From an uncultured delta proteobacterium (GTDB lineage Bacteria > Desulfobacterota > Binatia > JACPRU01): a stretch of DNA of 64,000 nt. Each line of letters opens with the position of its first letter. The first letter of the stretch is position 1. The position numbers were made by a program, and so were the translations under genes. This document shows, in pieces, positions 1 to 9,209 of this stretch. Where the stretch lies: positions 608,742 to 672,741 of the forward strand of contig CAVUWD010000011.1 of the NCBI GenBank assembly GCA_963745025.1. The letters are read 5' to 3'. The notes beneath the pieces were generated by a model. It saw only the letters and a list, made by a program, of their open reading frames with translations, was not told the origin of the DNA and made no database searches.

Positions 1-196
1 TACCTTGCCCGAAAGTGGCGAAGTCCCATACGCACCATGCATAGATGGACGCGCCGATAAGAAGAACGAGACATCCCGCAAGAAACGCCGGGCCCATAAC
101 GAAGGGCCGGTCACGGACGATTCGCAACGGAAGGTAGACAGCGAACGTGCCAGGTACGATCAGCGTGAAGAGAAGGTTCTTGAAGAGGAGCAGCAT
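1..196 (-). CDS. Isoprenylcysteine carboxyl methyltransferase / PEMT-family membrane protein (5' part; runs off the window)
   Basis: Manual translation from ATG at 196 gives MLLLFKNLLFTLIVPGTFAVYLP...IYAWCVWDFATFGQG, the typical N-terminus leading to the GTPAP motif of this family. Not in the ORF track because it is partial. Confidence 0.7.
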   Translation of the reverse strand, partial: MLLLFKNLLFTLIVPGTFAVYLPLRIVRDRPFVMGPAFLAGCLVLLIGASIYAWCVWDFATFGQG

Positions 197-243
197 TCTC
201 TTACTCTTCTGGCCGTCTAGACAGAATGGCTGAGAGCTAAAGA

Positions 244-380
244 GGACCTGCCTCTTGCAGGCCGCGGGTTATGCTCGCGGTTGAGTGAACTGGCTCTCGA
301 GCACAGAGCCACGATGCAAGGAGGCAGGTCCATGGCAAGGCGTAGCACGACGGTGGGACTCGATGTCCACAAGGAATCCT
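244..380 (+). mobile_element. IS110-family remnant: structured 5' non-coding end plus transposase N-terminus
   Basis: ATG 332 reads MARRSTTVGLDVHKES (GLDVHK, first catalytic Asp of the DEDD domain). Similarity stops after ~16 codons. Preceded by inverted repeat 244-259/315-331. Confidence 0.65.
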
Positions 381-662
381 TGCCGCCGATCCTTCAGGAG
401 ATGGCGCAATCGATCAAGATCGGAGGCCGGTGCGCGCCGCTCGGGGTCACTGCCCGGACGCATCGCGAGGCAGGCGTCGAGGCTGGGGGCGGTGGGCGGC
501 AGGCCGAAGGGCGCCGCGGAGCCGCCGAAGCAGAAACGACGGTGAGATAAGCACCGGTTCCCGAACGTAAAAACCCCCGAAGGCAAGCGGCACAACGGTT
601 TTCGCGATTCGCCATTTGCTGCGTGCGGCGACCCGATTGCCTCTCGCGGGCCGGCTGGCACA

Positions 663-1697
663 ATGGCGGCCGCCGTGGGGAGCCTCTTCCGCCGCCTTGT
701 TCTCGCATCCCTCGCTGCCCTCGTGACTGCGTGCAGCATTCCAGCCGCACTTGCGGCGACGGGGGCGCCGCGCGACGGCGACGTCTTCACGAACCCCGGC
801 GGACCGCGACCTTGGCCGGGACCGCAGGTGACGGTTCCGTTTTTCGTGCGGAAGGCATGGACCTCGATCGTCGGACGGGAGGGCGCCGCGCCGCTCGTCC
901 GCTTCGACCGCGACGCCATGCTCGAGAACCCGAGCATGACCTGGATCGGCCATTCGACGATGCTCGTCCGTATGGACGGTGTGAGCTTTCTCACGGACCC
1001 GATGTTCTCCGATCGGGCGAGCCCGTTCTCCTTCGCCGGACCGAAGCGGCTCGTCCCGCCGGGTGTCCCGCTGTCCGATCTGCCGCCGGTCGACTTCGTG
1101 ACGCTCTCCCACGACCACTACGACCACACCGACTTGGCTTCGATCGAGGCGCTCGCGAAGCGCGGCGTCCGTTTCGTCGCCGGTCTGCGGATGGGCGACC
1201 TCGTGCGTGAGGCCGGCGGCGAGGTGGTCGAGCTCGATTGGTGGGAGAGCGTGCAGGTCGGCCCCGTGCGGGTTCACTGCGTGCCCGCCCAGCACTTCTC
1301 GGGACGATCGCTCGCGGGTCATGACCGGCGCCTGTGGGCAGGATGGGTTGTCGAGGGCCCCACGCGGCGGTTCTACCATGCCGGCGACACCGGCTACTTC
1401 GACGGTTTCCGCGCGCTCAGCGAGCGCTTCGGGAGGATCGATCTCGCCGCGCTGCCGATCGGCGCCTATGATCCCGCGCCGATCATGGGGTTCGTTCACC
1501 TGAACCCCGAGCAGGCGGTGCGCGCGGCGATCGACCTCGGGGTGCGCCGCGTCGTCGCGATGCACTGGGGCACGTTCGATCTGACCGACGAGCCGCTGGA
1601 CGAGCCGCCGCGTCGGTTCCGCGCGGCGGCGGAGAAAGCGGGGCTCGGCCCCGAGCAGGCCTGGGTGCTTGCGGTGGGAGAGTCCCGGCGCTGGTGA
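663..1697 (+). CDS. MBL-fold metallo-hydrolase (NAPE-PLD/RomA-like)
   Basis: Motifs WIGHST, TDPMFS, SHDHYDH, QHFSGR, GDTGY, MHWGTF; N-terminal signal/lipobox-like segment (LVTAC). Confidence 0.9.
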   Translation: MAAAVGSLFRRLVLASLAALVTACSIPAALAATGAPRDGDVFTNPGGPRPWPGPQVTVPFFVRKAWTSIVGREGAAPLVRFDRDAMLENPSMTWIGHSTMLVRMDGVSFLTDPMFSDRASPFSFAGPKRLVPPGVPLSDLPPVDFVTLSHDHYDHTDLASIEALAKRGVRFVAGLRMGDLVREAGGEVVELDWWESVQVGPVRVHCVPAQHFSGRSLAGHDRRLWAGWVVEGPTRRFYHAGDTGYFDGFRALSERFGRIDLAALPIGAYDPAPIMGFVHLNPEQAVRAAIDLGVRRVVAMHWGTFDLTDEPLDEPPRRFRAAAEKAGLGPEQAWVLAVGESRRW

Positions 1698-1715
1698 CGG
1701 TCTGAGGAAACGAGC

Positions 1716-2477
1716 ATGTTCCCGTATCGCGACGAGAACGAGACGGTCAGGACGCCCGTGATGACCCTCGCCCTGATCGGGGCGAACGTGGTGATGTGGA
1801 TCTTCGTCCAGGGAGCAGGTCAGACGCTTCCGCTCGCCAGCTCGGTTTGCAACCTGGGGCTCATTCCAGGCGAGCTCACCGGCGCTCTTCCGCCTGGGCA
1901 GGGGTTCCCGATGGGCGAGGGGCTCGTCTGCGTCACCGATCCCGGGCCGCAGTATCTACACGTGCTCACGTCGATGTTTCTCCATGGATCGTGGATGCAC
2001 CTGCTCGGCAACATGTGGTTCCTGTGGATCTTCGGCAACAACGTCGAGGACTCGATGGGCCGGGGCCGATTCGTCACCTTCTATCTCCTGTGCGGCCTCG
2101 CCGCGGCCGTACTGCAGGTGTTGATCACGCCGGATTCCGTCGTGCCGATGGTCGGCGCCTCCGGTGCGATCAGCGGCGTCATGGGCGGCTACGTCGTCCT
2201 CTACCCATTCGTGCGGGTCTACGTCCTCATTCCTCTCGGCTTCTTCCTGACGTCGGCCGCGCTTCCCGCGTGGACGATGGTCGGTTACTGGATGTTCCTC
2301 CAGATCCTGAGCGGGCTCGTCGCGCTCGGAAGCCCTCAGCTGGGCGGGGTGGCCTTCTGGGCCCACGTCGGCGGTTTCTTCGGAGGCGTCGCCCTGGTCA
2401 GGCTCTTCGCGAGGGGCGACTACGTGTCGGCGCACCGCGCCACCCACTGGCAGCCCCGGCACCTCCGCTGGCAATGA
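1716..2477 (+). CDS. Rhomboid-family intramembrane serine protease
   Basis: SMFLHGSWMHLLGNM, GASG catalytic Ser, WAHVGGF catalytic His; multiple TM helices; follows the MBL gene at 18 bp. Confidence 0.92.
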   Translation: MFPYRDENETVRTPVMTLALIGANVVMWIFVQGAGQTLPLASSVCNLGLIPGELTGALPPGQGFPMGEGLVCVTDPGPQYLHVLTSMFLHGSWMHLLGNMWFLWIFGNNVEDSMGRGRFVTFYLLCGLAAAVLQVLITPDSVVPMVGASGAISGVMGGYVVLYPFVRVYVLIPLGFFLTSAALPAWTMVGYWMFLQILSGLVALGSPQLGGVAFWAHVGGFFGGVALVRLFARGDYVSAHRATHWQPRHLRWQ

Positions 2478-2726
2478 CGGCGACTCGGCGCATTCATGAC
2501 CGCCTTCTACATCGGTGACGTCATTTCCTGCGCGTTCGGCGGGGGGAGGCGCGTGCCAGAGGGCGTAGGAAAATTCGCGGATCCGTTCGCCATGCGGCTT
2601 TCCCGGGTGGGCTACCAGGCTCGTCAGCTGGCACGAATTCTTTCGCTGAGTGCGCCCCGATTCGCGAAGTCGTGCTGTCGCTCCGCCTCGAAGAGGCCCG
2701 AATAACGAATCGTCAGCTCCGGGACC

Positions 2727-3380
2727 ATGAGCGAAATCCGTGCGCCATCGAGTCGAGAATTGATGTCTTACCGGATTACGAACGCCTGCTGGTTTGTCGC
2801 GCTGAGTTCTTTGCTGATCGCTTTCCTAGGTTGCACGGGTCCGCGAGTCCGCACTATCACTTCCTCACGAAGTTACCTTTCGCCAACCACCGCGGCATCG
2901 GCTATGTCCTCGACCCGAGCGCCGTCGAAAGCATTCAACGATTTCATCACCGCCCACAATAAATATCGACGGTTGCATTGTGCTCAACCAGTGGCCTGGT
3001 CGCCGGCACTAGCGGCGATCGCTCAGCGATGGGCTGATCATCTACGCGGTCGGCAATGCTCGCTCCAACACAATCCCGATACCACGTACGGCGAGAATCT
3101 GACGTACGGCTCGCCGTCTGGCTCGCTTACGCCTGAAGAGGTAGTTCAGGGCTGGTATTCGGAGGTCGGCAAGTACAGTTTCCGCCACCCTCAGTACCGC
3201 CCGGCTGCTGGGCATTTTACCCAAGTCGTATGGGCAGGCACGAGACGGATCGGCTGCGGCGTCGCCCATTGCTCGAATGCCGACGTGTGGGTGTGTAATT
3301 ACGACCCACCAGGTAATGTCCTGAAGGAGTTTGCCGCCAATGTCTCGCCGACGTCATGCACAGTTAACCCCGCGGAATGA
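2727..3380 (+). CDS. CAP (SCP/PR-1) domain protein, probable lipoprotein
   Basis: AHNKYR, YGENL, GHFTQVVW, VCNYDPPGN CAP signatures; hydrophobic stretch ending FLGC. The start may be 2763. Confidence 0.85.
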   Translation: MSEIRAPSSRELMSYRITNACWFVALSSLLIAFLGCTGPRVRTITSSRSYLSPTTAASAMSSTRAPSKAFNDFITAHNKYRRLHCAQPVAWSPALAAIAQRWADHLRGRQCSLQHNPDTTYGENLTYGSPSGSLTPEEVVQGWYSEVGKYSFRHPQYRPAAGHFTQVVWAGTRRIGCGVAHCSNADVWVCNYDPPGNVLKEFAANVSPTSCTVNPAE

Positions 3381-3518
3381 CCCAGCTTTGAACGAGCTTT
3401 GAAGGGACTAATGAGTGTTCGCAATCCGCGGAGGATAGCCGGCATAAAAACCTCGGGGGGGGGCGCTGCAACGCACGCCTGGGCAACGCATCTTCATGGG
3501 TGGACAGCTTGCCTGAGT

Positions 3519-3971
3519 TCAACGGGAAATCGACCAGGTCGAGCTGGCGCGCACCGCGGGCGCGCCGTCGGCACTCGAGATTTCGGCTTCGAGGAAGGCG
3601 ACCCCGCGCCCGTGGCGCAGGACCCTTGCGGCGCCGCTGATTGGTCCGGGTCGCAGCGGCCGCAAATGAGATACTTTGACTTCGGCCGTGACCGCCCATT
3701 CATCCGCTTCGAGCACCGAACCAATCGCGGTCGAAAAGAGTTCGTCCACAAAAACCGCGATGAAGCCGCCGTGCAACGTGCCGAACGGATTCAGCACGGT
3801 CGGCGGCTGCTCCGGCCAACTCCAGCTTGAGCTTCCCTGCCCGAACTCCAGCGGACGCATCCCGAGCGCCAACGCCGGCGACTTATAGTCATCAACGCGG
3901 TTCTCGCGAATGATCTGATTAAGCTCAGTCAGCGGCGCCAGGCGCGGCGCGGCAGTTTCGTCGGTGCTCAT
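3519..3971 (-). CDS. PaaI-family (hotdog fold) thioesterase
   Basis: NPFGTLHGG...VDE motif, AVTAEVKVSHLRP. Confidence 0.85.
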   Translation of the reverse strand: MSTDETAAPRLAPLTELNQIIRENRVDDYKSPALALGMRPLEFGQGSSSWSWPEQPPTVLNPFGTLHGGFIAVFVDELFSTAIGSVLEADEWAVTAEVKVSHLRPLRPGPISGAARVLRHGRGVAFLEAEISSADGAPAVRASSTWSISR

Positions 3972-4040
3972 CGTGGTTCTCTCAATCGTACGCTAGTCGG
4001 GGCTGATTCGTCGACCGTTACCAGCCAAGAGAGAATCGCG

Positions 4041-4400
4041 GAACAGGATCCGGCGATCGTGGTGTGGTGGGCGACGCGGACCGAATGCGTCACGGCGCTC
4101 GCCCGCCTGCGCCGTGATGACAAGATCGACGTCGGCGGCGAAGCGCGGACGAGGCGCTTGCTGTTTCAGCTCTCGGCCGTGTGGACCGAGATCGCACCCG
4201 GCAACCGTCTGCGCGACCGCGCCGAGCGTTTGCTCTCGGTACACGCGCTCCGCGCCGCAGACGCGTTCCAGCTGGCTGCTGCGCTTCTCTGGTCCCGCGG
4301 CAAGACGACCGGTCGCGCCCTCGTCTCCTTCGACCGCCGCTTGCGCGAGGCGGCCGTCCGAGAGGGTTTCGACGCGCTTCCGGGCAGCGTCGCGCCCTGA
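4041..4400 (+). pseudogene. vapC: PIN-domain VapC toxin, N-terminally truncated
   Basis: EQDPAIVVWWATRTEC...LRAADAFQLAAAL...SFDRRLREAA. The in-frame upstream sequence lacks the first D-S-S catalytic motif, and there is no antitoxin upstream. Confidence 0.7.
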
Positions 4401-4797
4401 GGCCGCGGAACGAGGTCAGCGACGGAGGTTCCGCGCAGCGCTGTGGTAGCGGGCCCTGCAGCGCGGGCCAAAGTTGAACCGGCGAGCTTGACGATCAAGG
4501 GCGAACCGGCAATGCCAGGTGCGCACTTGACGGAAGTCAAAGCGGGGAGAAGCCCGCATCCGCCTGAGTCGCCGTCGCGCTGAACGCGCTGCTACGTCTC
4601 GCGGGAGCGGGGCGCGCTAGCGTTCGAGATCCCGGGGATAGGGAAGAGGGCGCCGTCGTTGCGCATCCCCACGGGCGCAACAAATGCTCTCAAGAACTGA
4701 TCCGCACGCGTTGCCTGGTTCGCGGCTCATTTACACACCCGTCTTACTGACCCACGTCTGGAATCCGCCATCGGATTCGATCAAAACGGGATCCGCT

Positions 4798-7119
4798 ATG
4801 ACCGGACCCGCAGCATCCAGGTGGGAGTCCGCGACCCCGTCCGTCGAGCTCCTCGCGTTCGCAGCACTGGCCGTTCTGCTGGCAGCGATCCTCCTCTTCA
4901 AGGATCTCGGTCTCGAGGGCATTGCCGCCGACGAAGCGACGACGACTGCCCGAGTCGTGGAGCTGCTCGAGAGCGGGCACTGGCTCGTCCCAACGCTCGA
5001 CGGCGAGCCGGACCTGCACAAGCCGCCGCTCAAGCTGTGGGTCGTCGCCGCGACGATTCGCATGTTCGGCGCGAGCGAGGGGACGCTCCGGGTTTGGGAC
5101 GCGACGGCGGGTCTGGCGATCGTCCTGCTCACGTTCCTGGCCGCGGCGCACTTCGGCGGGGCGCTCGCGGGATTCGTCGCCGCGCTGGCGCTGATGACCG
5201 TCCCGCTATTCCTCTTCGATCACATGTGTCGTTCGAACGTGTACGACAGCTTCTTGGTCCTGCTCGTCGCCGCCGCCGCGCTTCACTACGCGCTCGGCAC
5301 CCAATCCAACCGGGCCGCCGTCTTGACCGGCTGTTTCGGCGGCCTCGCGCTCCTGTCGAAGGGGGTGGCGGCGCTTCCCTTGTTCGTAATCATCATCGTG
5401 TTCGAGCTTTCGCGAAGCGGGCCTCGCGGATTACGCAAGGGCCACCTTTGGATCACCGTTGCCACCGCGGTCGCGGTGGCGGGCCTCTGGTACGTTCCGG
5501 CTTTTCTGCTCGCTCCGAAGGTTCTCACGAGGGAGATGCGCTTCGAGGTGCTCGGTCGATTTTTCGGGGAGAGCGCCTTCGCGCACCCGACGCTCTTCTT
5601 CGAACAGGTCGGCGCGATGTTCCGCTACTGGCTGATCGCGCTGGCACCGGCGCTCCTCGCGTTGCGAGACACTCGAGCCCAAGGAGCGGCCATGCTGGTC
5701 ATCTGGCCGGCGGTGTGGCTCGCGGCGTTCGGCGTCGCCAATCTTCCGCAGGACTGGTACGGCCTGCCCGCCTTTCCGCCCATCGCCGCGCTGATCGGAA
5801 TCGGCCTCGGGTACGTAGCGGATTCGGTCCCACTGGGGCACGCGCGAGCGCGCCGCTTCGCAGCCGCGGTAGCCGTTCTCGCGGCTTTCGCGCCGGCGTA
5901 TCGCCTCGCCTACGCGCGGACAGGCTCGGTGCGCTGGACGCACAGCGATCTGCGCGGCTTCGCCGACTGGGCCACGGCTACTTTGCCCGAAGAGGTCCCG
6001 CTCTTCGTACTCCGCGAGGAGCGGAGCATGCCGCTGTTCGCGCAGCACGAGCGGCTCGACGCCTACAAGCTGAGGCGACGAATCCGCTACCGATCCACGG
6101 CCGAGCACCTCTGTGAAGGGCTGGAAGCGGCTTCGGCGGCTTTCGTGATCGTGCCGGCGGATTCGACTGCCGCCGTCCCTTGCTTACAGACGTTCGCCCG
6201 CGTCGTTCCCCTTCGCGCGACGTTCTACTCGCACGCCTTTCCGTTCGTGCCGAAGGATCTGGTCGCCCGCGGTCGCGAGGCTCCTCCGTTTTTCTCCTCC
6301 ACGGAGGTGGTGATCGACGTCGGCGCCGGCGATGCGCTCGCTGGAGAATGGTCGCGCGAAGTGGAAGAGCGCGCCGGCGTATTCGCCCGTCCGATCTCGG
6401 GCGCTCGGGCTTCGATTCGCTTTGATCTTCCTCCCTTTCCAGCTCCCGTCGTCCGCATCGAAGCCGTCGAGGTGAGTCCTGTTTCGAGTTGCGATCCCGA
6501 GCTGAGGATCAATGGAGAGGTGCTCGGTTCGCTTTCGCAGGCCCGCGGAGAGGCGGGCCTGCCGCTCCCCGTCGGACGGCTGCGCCTCACGGCGAACGAC
6601 CTTGAGATCGTGCGAACGTGTCCCGAGGGCCAGGTTACCGTCTCGCGCATCGTCGTCCGCAGCGAGCCGACCGCGACGGCTGGGCACCTCGAGTTCGCTC
6701 ACTCGAGGCAGTACGGGAGCGGGCATCACTTGGTCGGCGCGCGAATCGTAGACCCCGGTTCTCCGACCGGGCATGCATTCGTGACCGGTGGAACTTACGG
6801 CCCGCCGGGCTTTCTCTACTTCTTGCCGATAGAGTTGTCGGCCGGCAGTTACGAGGCCACCTTCGACCTCCGCGCCGGTCGGCTTGCGACGATCGACGGG
6901 ACCGTAGTGGTGGACGTCTACGCAGGGGACCGAGGCCGCCGGCTGAGCGCACGGGAGGTTCCGGCGGCAAGCCTGACTTCGGACGGGAGATACCTGCCGG
7001 TACGCTTGCGCTTCGAGATCGACGCACCGAGAAAGGTCGAGCTCCGGGTCGAGACCCGGGACGGCTCCGAAATCCGCGTGGCGCGGGTCGACGTGCGCTC
7101 AGCCTGGGCTCGGCCCTGA
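4798..7119 (+). CDS. ArnT/PMT-like (GT-C) membrane glycosyltransferase with large C-terminal extracytoplasmic region
   Basis: ADE motif, WLVPTLDGEPDLHKPPL, LSKG, many TM helices, beta-rich C-terminal ~350 aa. Start chosen at MTGPAA; the ORF opens at 4684. Confidence 0.8.
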   Translation: MTGPAASRWESATPSVELLAFAALAVLLAAILLFKDLGLEGIAADEATTTARVVELLESGHWLVPTLDGEPDLHKPPLKLWVVAATIRMFGASEGTLRVWDATAGLAIVLLTFLAAAHFGGALAGFVAALALMTVPLFLFDHMCRSNVYDSFLVLLVAAAALHYALGTQSNRAAVLTGCFGGLALLSKGVAALPLFVIIIVFELSRSGPRGLRKGHLWITVATAVAVAGLWYVPAFLLAPKVLTREMRFEVLGRFFGESAFAHPTLFFEQVGAMFRYWLIALAPALLALRDTRAQGAAMLVIWPAVWLAAFGVANLPQDWYGLPAFPPIAALIGIGLGYVADSVPLGHARARRFAAAVAVLAAFAPAYRLAYARTGSVRWTHSDLRGFADWATATLPEEVPLFVLREERSMPLFAQHERLDAYKLRRRIRYRSTAEHLCEGLEAASAAFVIVPADSTAAVPCLQTFARVVPLRATFYSHAFPFVPKDLVARGREAPPFFSSTEVVIDVGAGDALAGEWSREVEERAGVFARPISGARASIRFDLPPFPAPVVRIEAVEVSPVSSCDPELRINGEVLGSLSQARGEAGLPLPVGRLRLTANDLEIVRTCPEGQVTVSRIVVRSEPTATAGHLEFAHSRQYGSGHHLVGARIVDPGSPTGHAFVTGGTYGPPGFLYFLPIELSAGSYEATFDLRAGRLATIDGTVVVDVYAGDRGRRLSAREVPAASLTSDGRYLPVRLRFEIDAPRKVELRVETRDGSEIRVARVDVRSAWARP

Positions 7120-7262
7120 CGCGGAACGCAAACGCGCGTCACGACCAGCGTTCGTCACAACTTCGAGAAAATGAGCAGCAAAAAACCTGGAACGGCGCTC
7201 GATGGACATGGCTGTCTTCGCGACGATCGCAGCCATCGCGTCGGCGTCGACGCGGTGTCAGT

Positions 7263-7550
7263 TCACGATTGCAGGAGGGTCCTCGCGTCCTGGAGGTCCA
7301 GGGTGTCGTGCCCCTCGGTGAACCAGCCGTACACTTCGGCGAGGCAATCGTGCGCTGGGCCTCTCTCCCCTGCAATCTGCTCCAGACGCGCCAGGCTCAG
7401 CGCCGCACGCAGCTCCAGAGATCTTGCGCCCCGTTCGTGCGCCATCTTCAAGGCGCACTGAAAGCACTGTTCCGGTGCCGGGCTTGCCTACGCGTACCTG
7501 CGCCCAGCCCCTGAGCGCCGTGGCGAAGTTCTGCCGTCTGCGTTGATAAG
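7263..7550 (-). pseudogene. C-terminal remnant of a STAND/TPR cyclase- or regulator-type protein
   Basis: EQCFQCALKMAHERGARSLELRAALSLARL...AEVYGWFTEGHDTLDLQDARTLL is the conserved C-terminus of these proteins. An upstream frame gives ALRGWAQ; the rest is missing. Confidence 0.65.
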
Positions 7551-7740
7551 GGAGCTCAGTTCACGCCGCCCGGCCGCCATCTCACGCCCGAGGCGAGTGC
7601 GGCTGCGAGCCGCCGGTAGCCGGGCAGCGGTCGCTGGCGGCGAGTGAACGTCACTTGATGGAATCTCTCTTTGGTGCGACCATTCCGCTCGCCTTGCATG
7701 GCTTGCTCTCCTACGGGTGCGGCAGCCTGAGGACGCCATC

Positions 7741-8163
7741 ATGCGTGAAAAGCAGACAAGGGTCCGAAGCAGGCGACGGGAAGCACCCTTCAACCCCGCT
7801 GAGATGCTGAGCGGGGCCCTTGATGCGTTTCGGCTCTCGCCCGGTGAGGTTTTATTTCGCGAGGGCGAGCAGGGTGAGCTCATGTACGTCGTGCTCGAAG
7901 GGCGTGTGGACATCCTCGTCGGGGACAGCGTGGTCGAGACCGCGAACGAGGGAGGCATCGTCGGCGAAATGACCCTCATCGACGACGCCCCACGAGCAGC
8001 ATCCGTGATCGCGAACACGGGGTGCCGCCTCGTTGGAATCGATCGAAAGCGCTTTCACTTGCTTGTAGAGAGCAATCCGGCGTTTTCGACTCATGTGATG
8101 AAAATTCTGGCCAACCGGCTGCGGCATATGAACCGGCTATACCTCGCCTCACTGAAGCGCTGA
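7741..8163 (+). CDS. Stand-alone cyclic-nucleotide-binding domain protein
   Basis: LFREGEQGELMYVVLEGRV, GEMTLIDDAPRAASV, LANRLR. Confidence 0.88.
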   Translation: MREKQTRVRSRRREAPFNPAEMLSGALDAFRLSPGEVLFREGEQGELMYVVLEGRVDILVGDSVVETANEGGIVGEMTLIDDAPRAASVIANTGCRLVGIDRKRFHLLVESNPAFSTHVMKILANRLRHMNRLYLASLKR

Positions 8164-8459
8164 GCTCATCCTCCCCGAAGAGGCCGAGCTTCCTGGCGGG
8201 GCTTTTTTCGCGAGCGCGCTACCGGCCTTGGAGCTGGACTTTCCGCGCCAGGGAAGCACGAATCGGCAATCTAGCTTTCGGGCGTTTGTCGCGGCTATCC
8301 TCCCGGCGAATGGTCATGGAATCCCAGCGGTGATTCCCGAAGAGGTCCGCACCGTGCTCGCTGCGAAAAGACTCACGGCGAAAGAGTTTGCAGGAGCAAC
8401 CAACTCCACCTACGGACGAGGATTTCGAGTGAGACGAAGTGCTGCTAGTTGGGGGTGGT

Positions 8460-8610
8460 TCACTCCACCTGATGCGCGGCTCGAAAACGCCCCGCCTCGT
8501 CCAGCGCGGCTCGGAACGCTACCGCCGTCACTAGGCCTATCCCGGGAGCCGTGCAGAGACGACGTGCCACTTCATCCTCCCTCACTCGCTTGGCGATCCG
8601 GTCGTGCGCA
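8460..8610 (-). mobile_element. IS110-family transposase internal fragment (Transposase_20 region)
   Basis: DRIAKRVREDEVARRLCTAPGIGLVTAVAFRAALDEAGRFRAAHQVE, then a stop before the catalytic Ser. Confidence 0.7.
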
Positions 8611-8758
8611 TATTCCTGAATCGGCGAAAAGGTCGAGAAACCGCAGTGGCTCACCCTTCGTGACACTGAGAACGTGCCCTTGAGACCAACAATACCGGTA
8701 CGGATCGAAGCGAAAAACGGAGGCACGCGAAGCGGTCAGCGTGGGTCCCGGTCCCGCC

Positions 8759-8803
8759 CCGTGAAATCTCATAGCCAGTTCGCGGATCCGTGACATCTCG
8801 CGG
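8759..8803. promoter_or_regulatory. Two imperfect 16-bp palindromes, candidate enhancer (UAS) for a sigma54 activator
   Basis: CCGTGAAATCTCATAG (8759-8774) and CCGTGACATCTCGCGG (8788-8803), 110-155 bp upstream of the -24/-12 element. A related CCGCGAAATTCTGCGG lies at 12407-12422. Confidence 0.55.
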
Positions 8804-8859
8804 AGCCATCAGTGAGGCGAAGGCTTTAGAAAACTGGCAGAACTGGCGGAGAAAACACC

Positions 8860-8872
8860 TAACACCTTGACT
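8860..8872 (-). promoter_or_regulatory. IHF-like binding site
   Basis: Minus strand AGTCAAGGTGTTA has one mismatch to WATCAANNNNTTR and lies in an AT-rich tract between the UAS and the promoter. Confidence 0.5.
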
Positions 8873-8912
8873 TAATTCAGAAAATCCTGAGTCGTGCGCT
8901 GTCCATAGTGCA

Positions 8913-8928
8913 GGGCACGCCGTCTGCT
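8913..8928 (+). promoter_or_regulatory. sigma54 (-24/-12) promoter of the STAS-ECF operon
   Basis: GGGCACGCCGTCTGCT: GG(8914-15)-N10-GC(8926-27). The predicted +1 of ~8939 abuts the GTG start at 8940. Confidence 0.65.
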
Positions 8929-8939
8929 TTACCCTCACC

Positions 8940-9200
8940 GTGCTCAGGATCACGAAAATTCGAGAGACCCGCACGGGTTCGGAATTGCTCGTCGAGGGTA
9001 GTCTGACAGAGGCTTCCGCGCCCGATCTAGTCGCCATCTGCGCGCCCGATTTGACTGCGGGGCGCCAGGTACTCCTGGATCTCTCCGGCCTCCGATTTGC
9101 CAATGCCACCGGCTTGAGCGCGCTGCGAGCGCTGCTCGGGCGGGGCGCGGTGCCCTCGCGCTGCACTGATTTCGTCAAATGTCTGCTCGAAGCGAAGTGA
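8940..9200 (+). CDS. STAS-domain protein (anti-sigma antagonist-like)
   Basis: MLRIT...LLVEGSL...VLLDLSGLRFANATGLSALRAL; 86 aa; directly upstream of the ECF sigma. Confidence 0.8.
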   Translation: MLRITKIRETRTGSELLVEGSLTEASAPDLVAICAPDLTAGRQVLLDLSGLRFANATGLSALRALLGRGAVPSRCTDFVKCLLEAK

Positions 9201-9209
9201 GGACGAACG

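Noticed and set aside
2628-2645. CTGGCACGAATTCTTTCG as a sigma54 promoter for the CAP gene
   Set aside because: Good -24 half, but TT rather than GC at the -12 position.
8170-8208. Rho-independent terminator after the cNMP gene
   Set aside because: A U-tract is present but the stem is irregular, so it is not reported as a feature.
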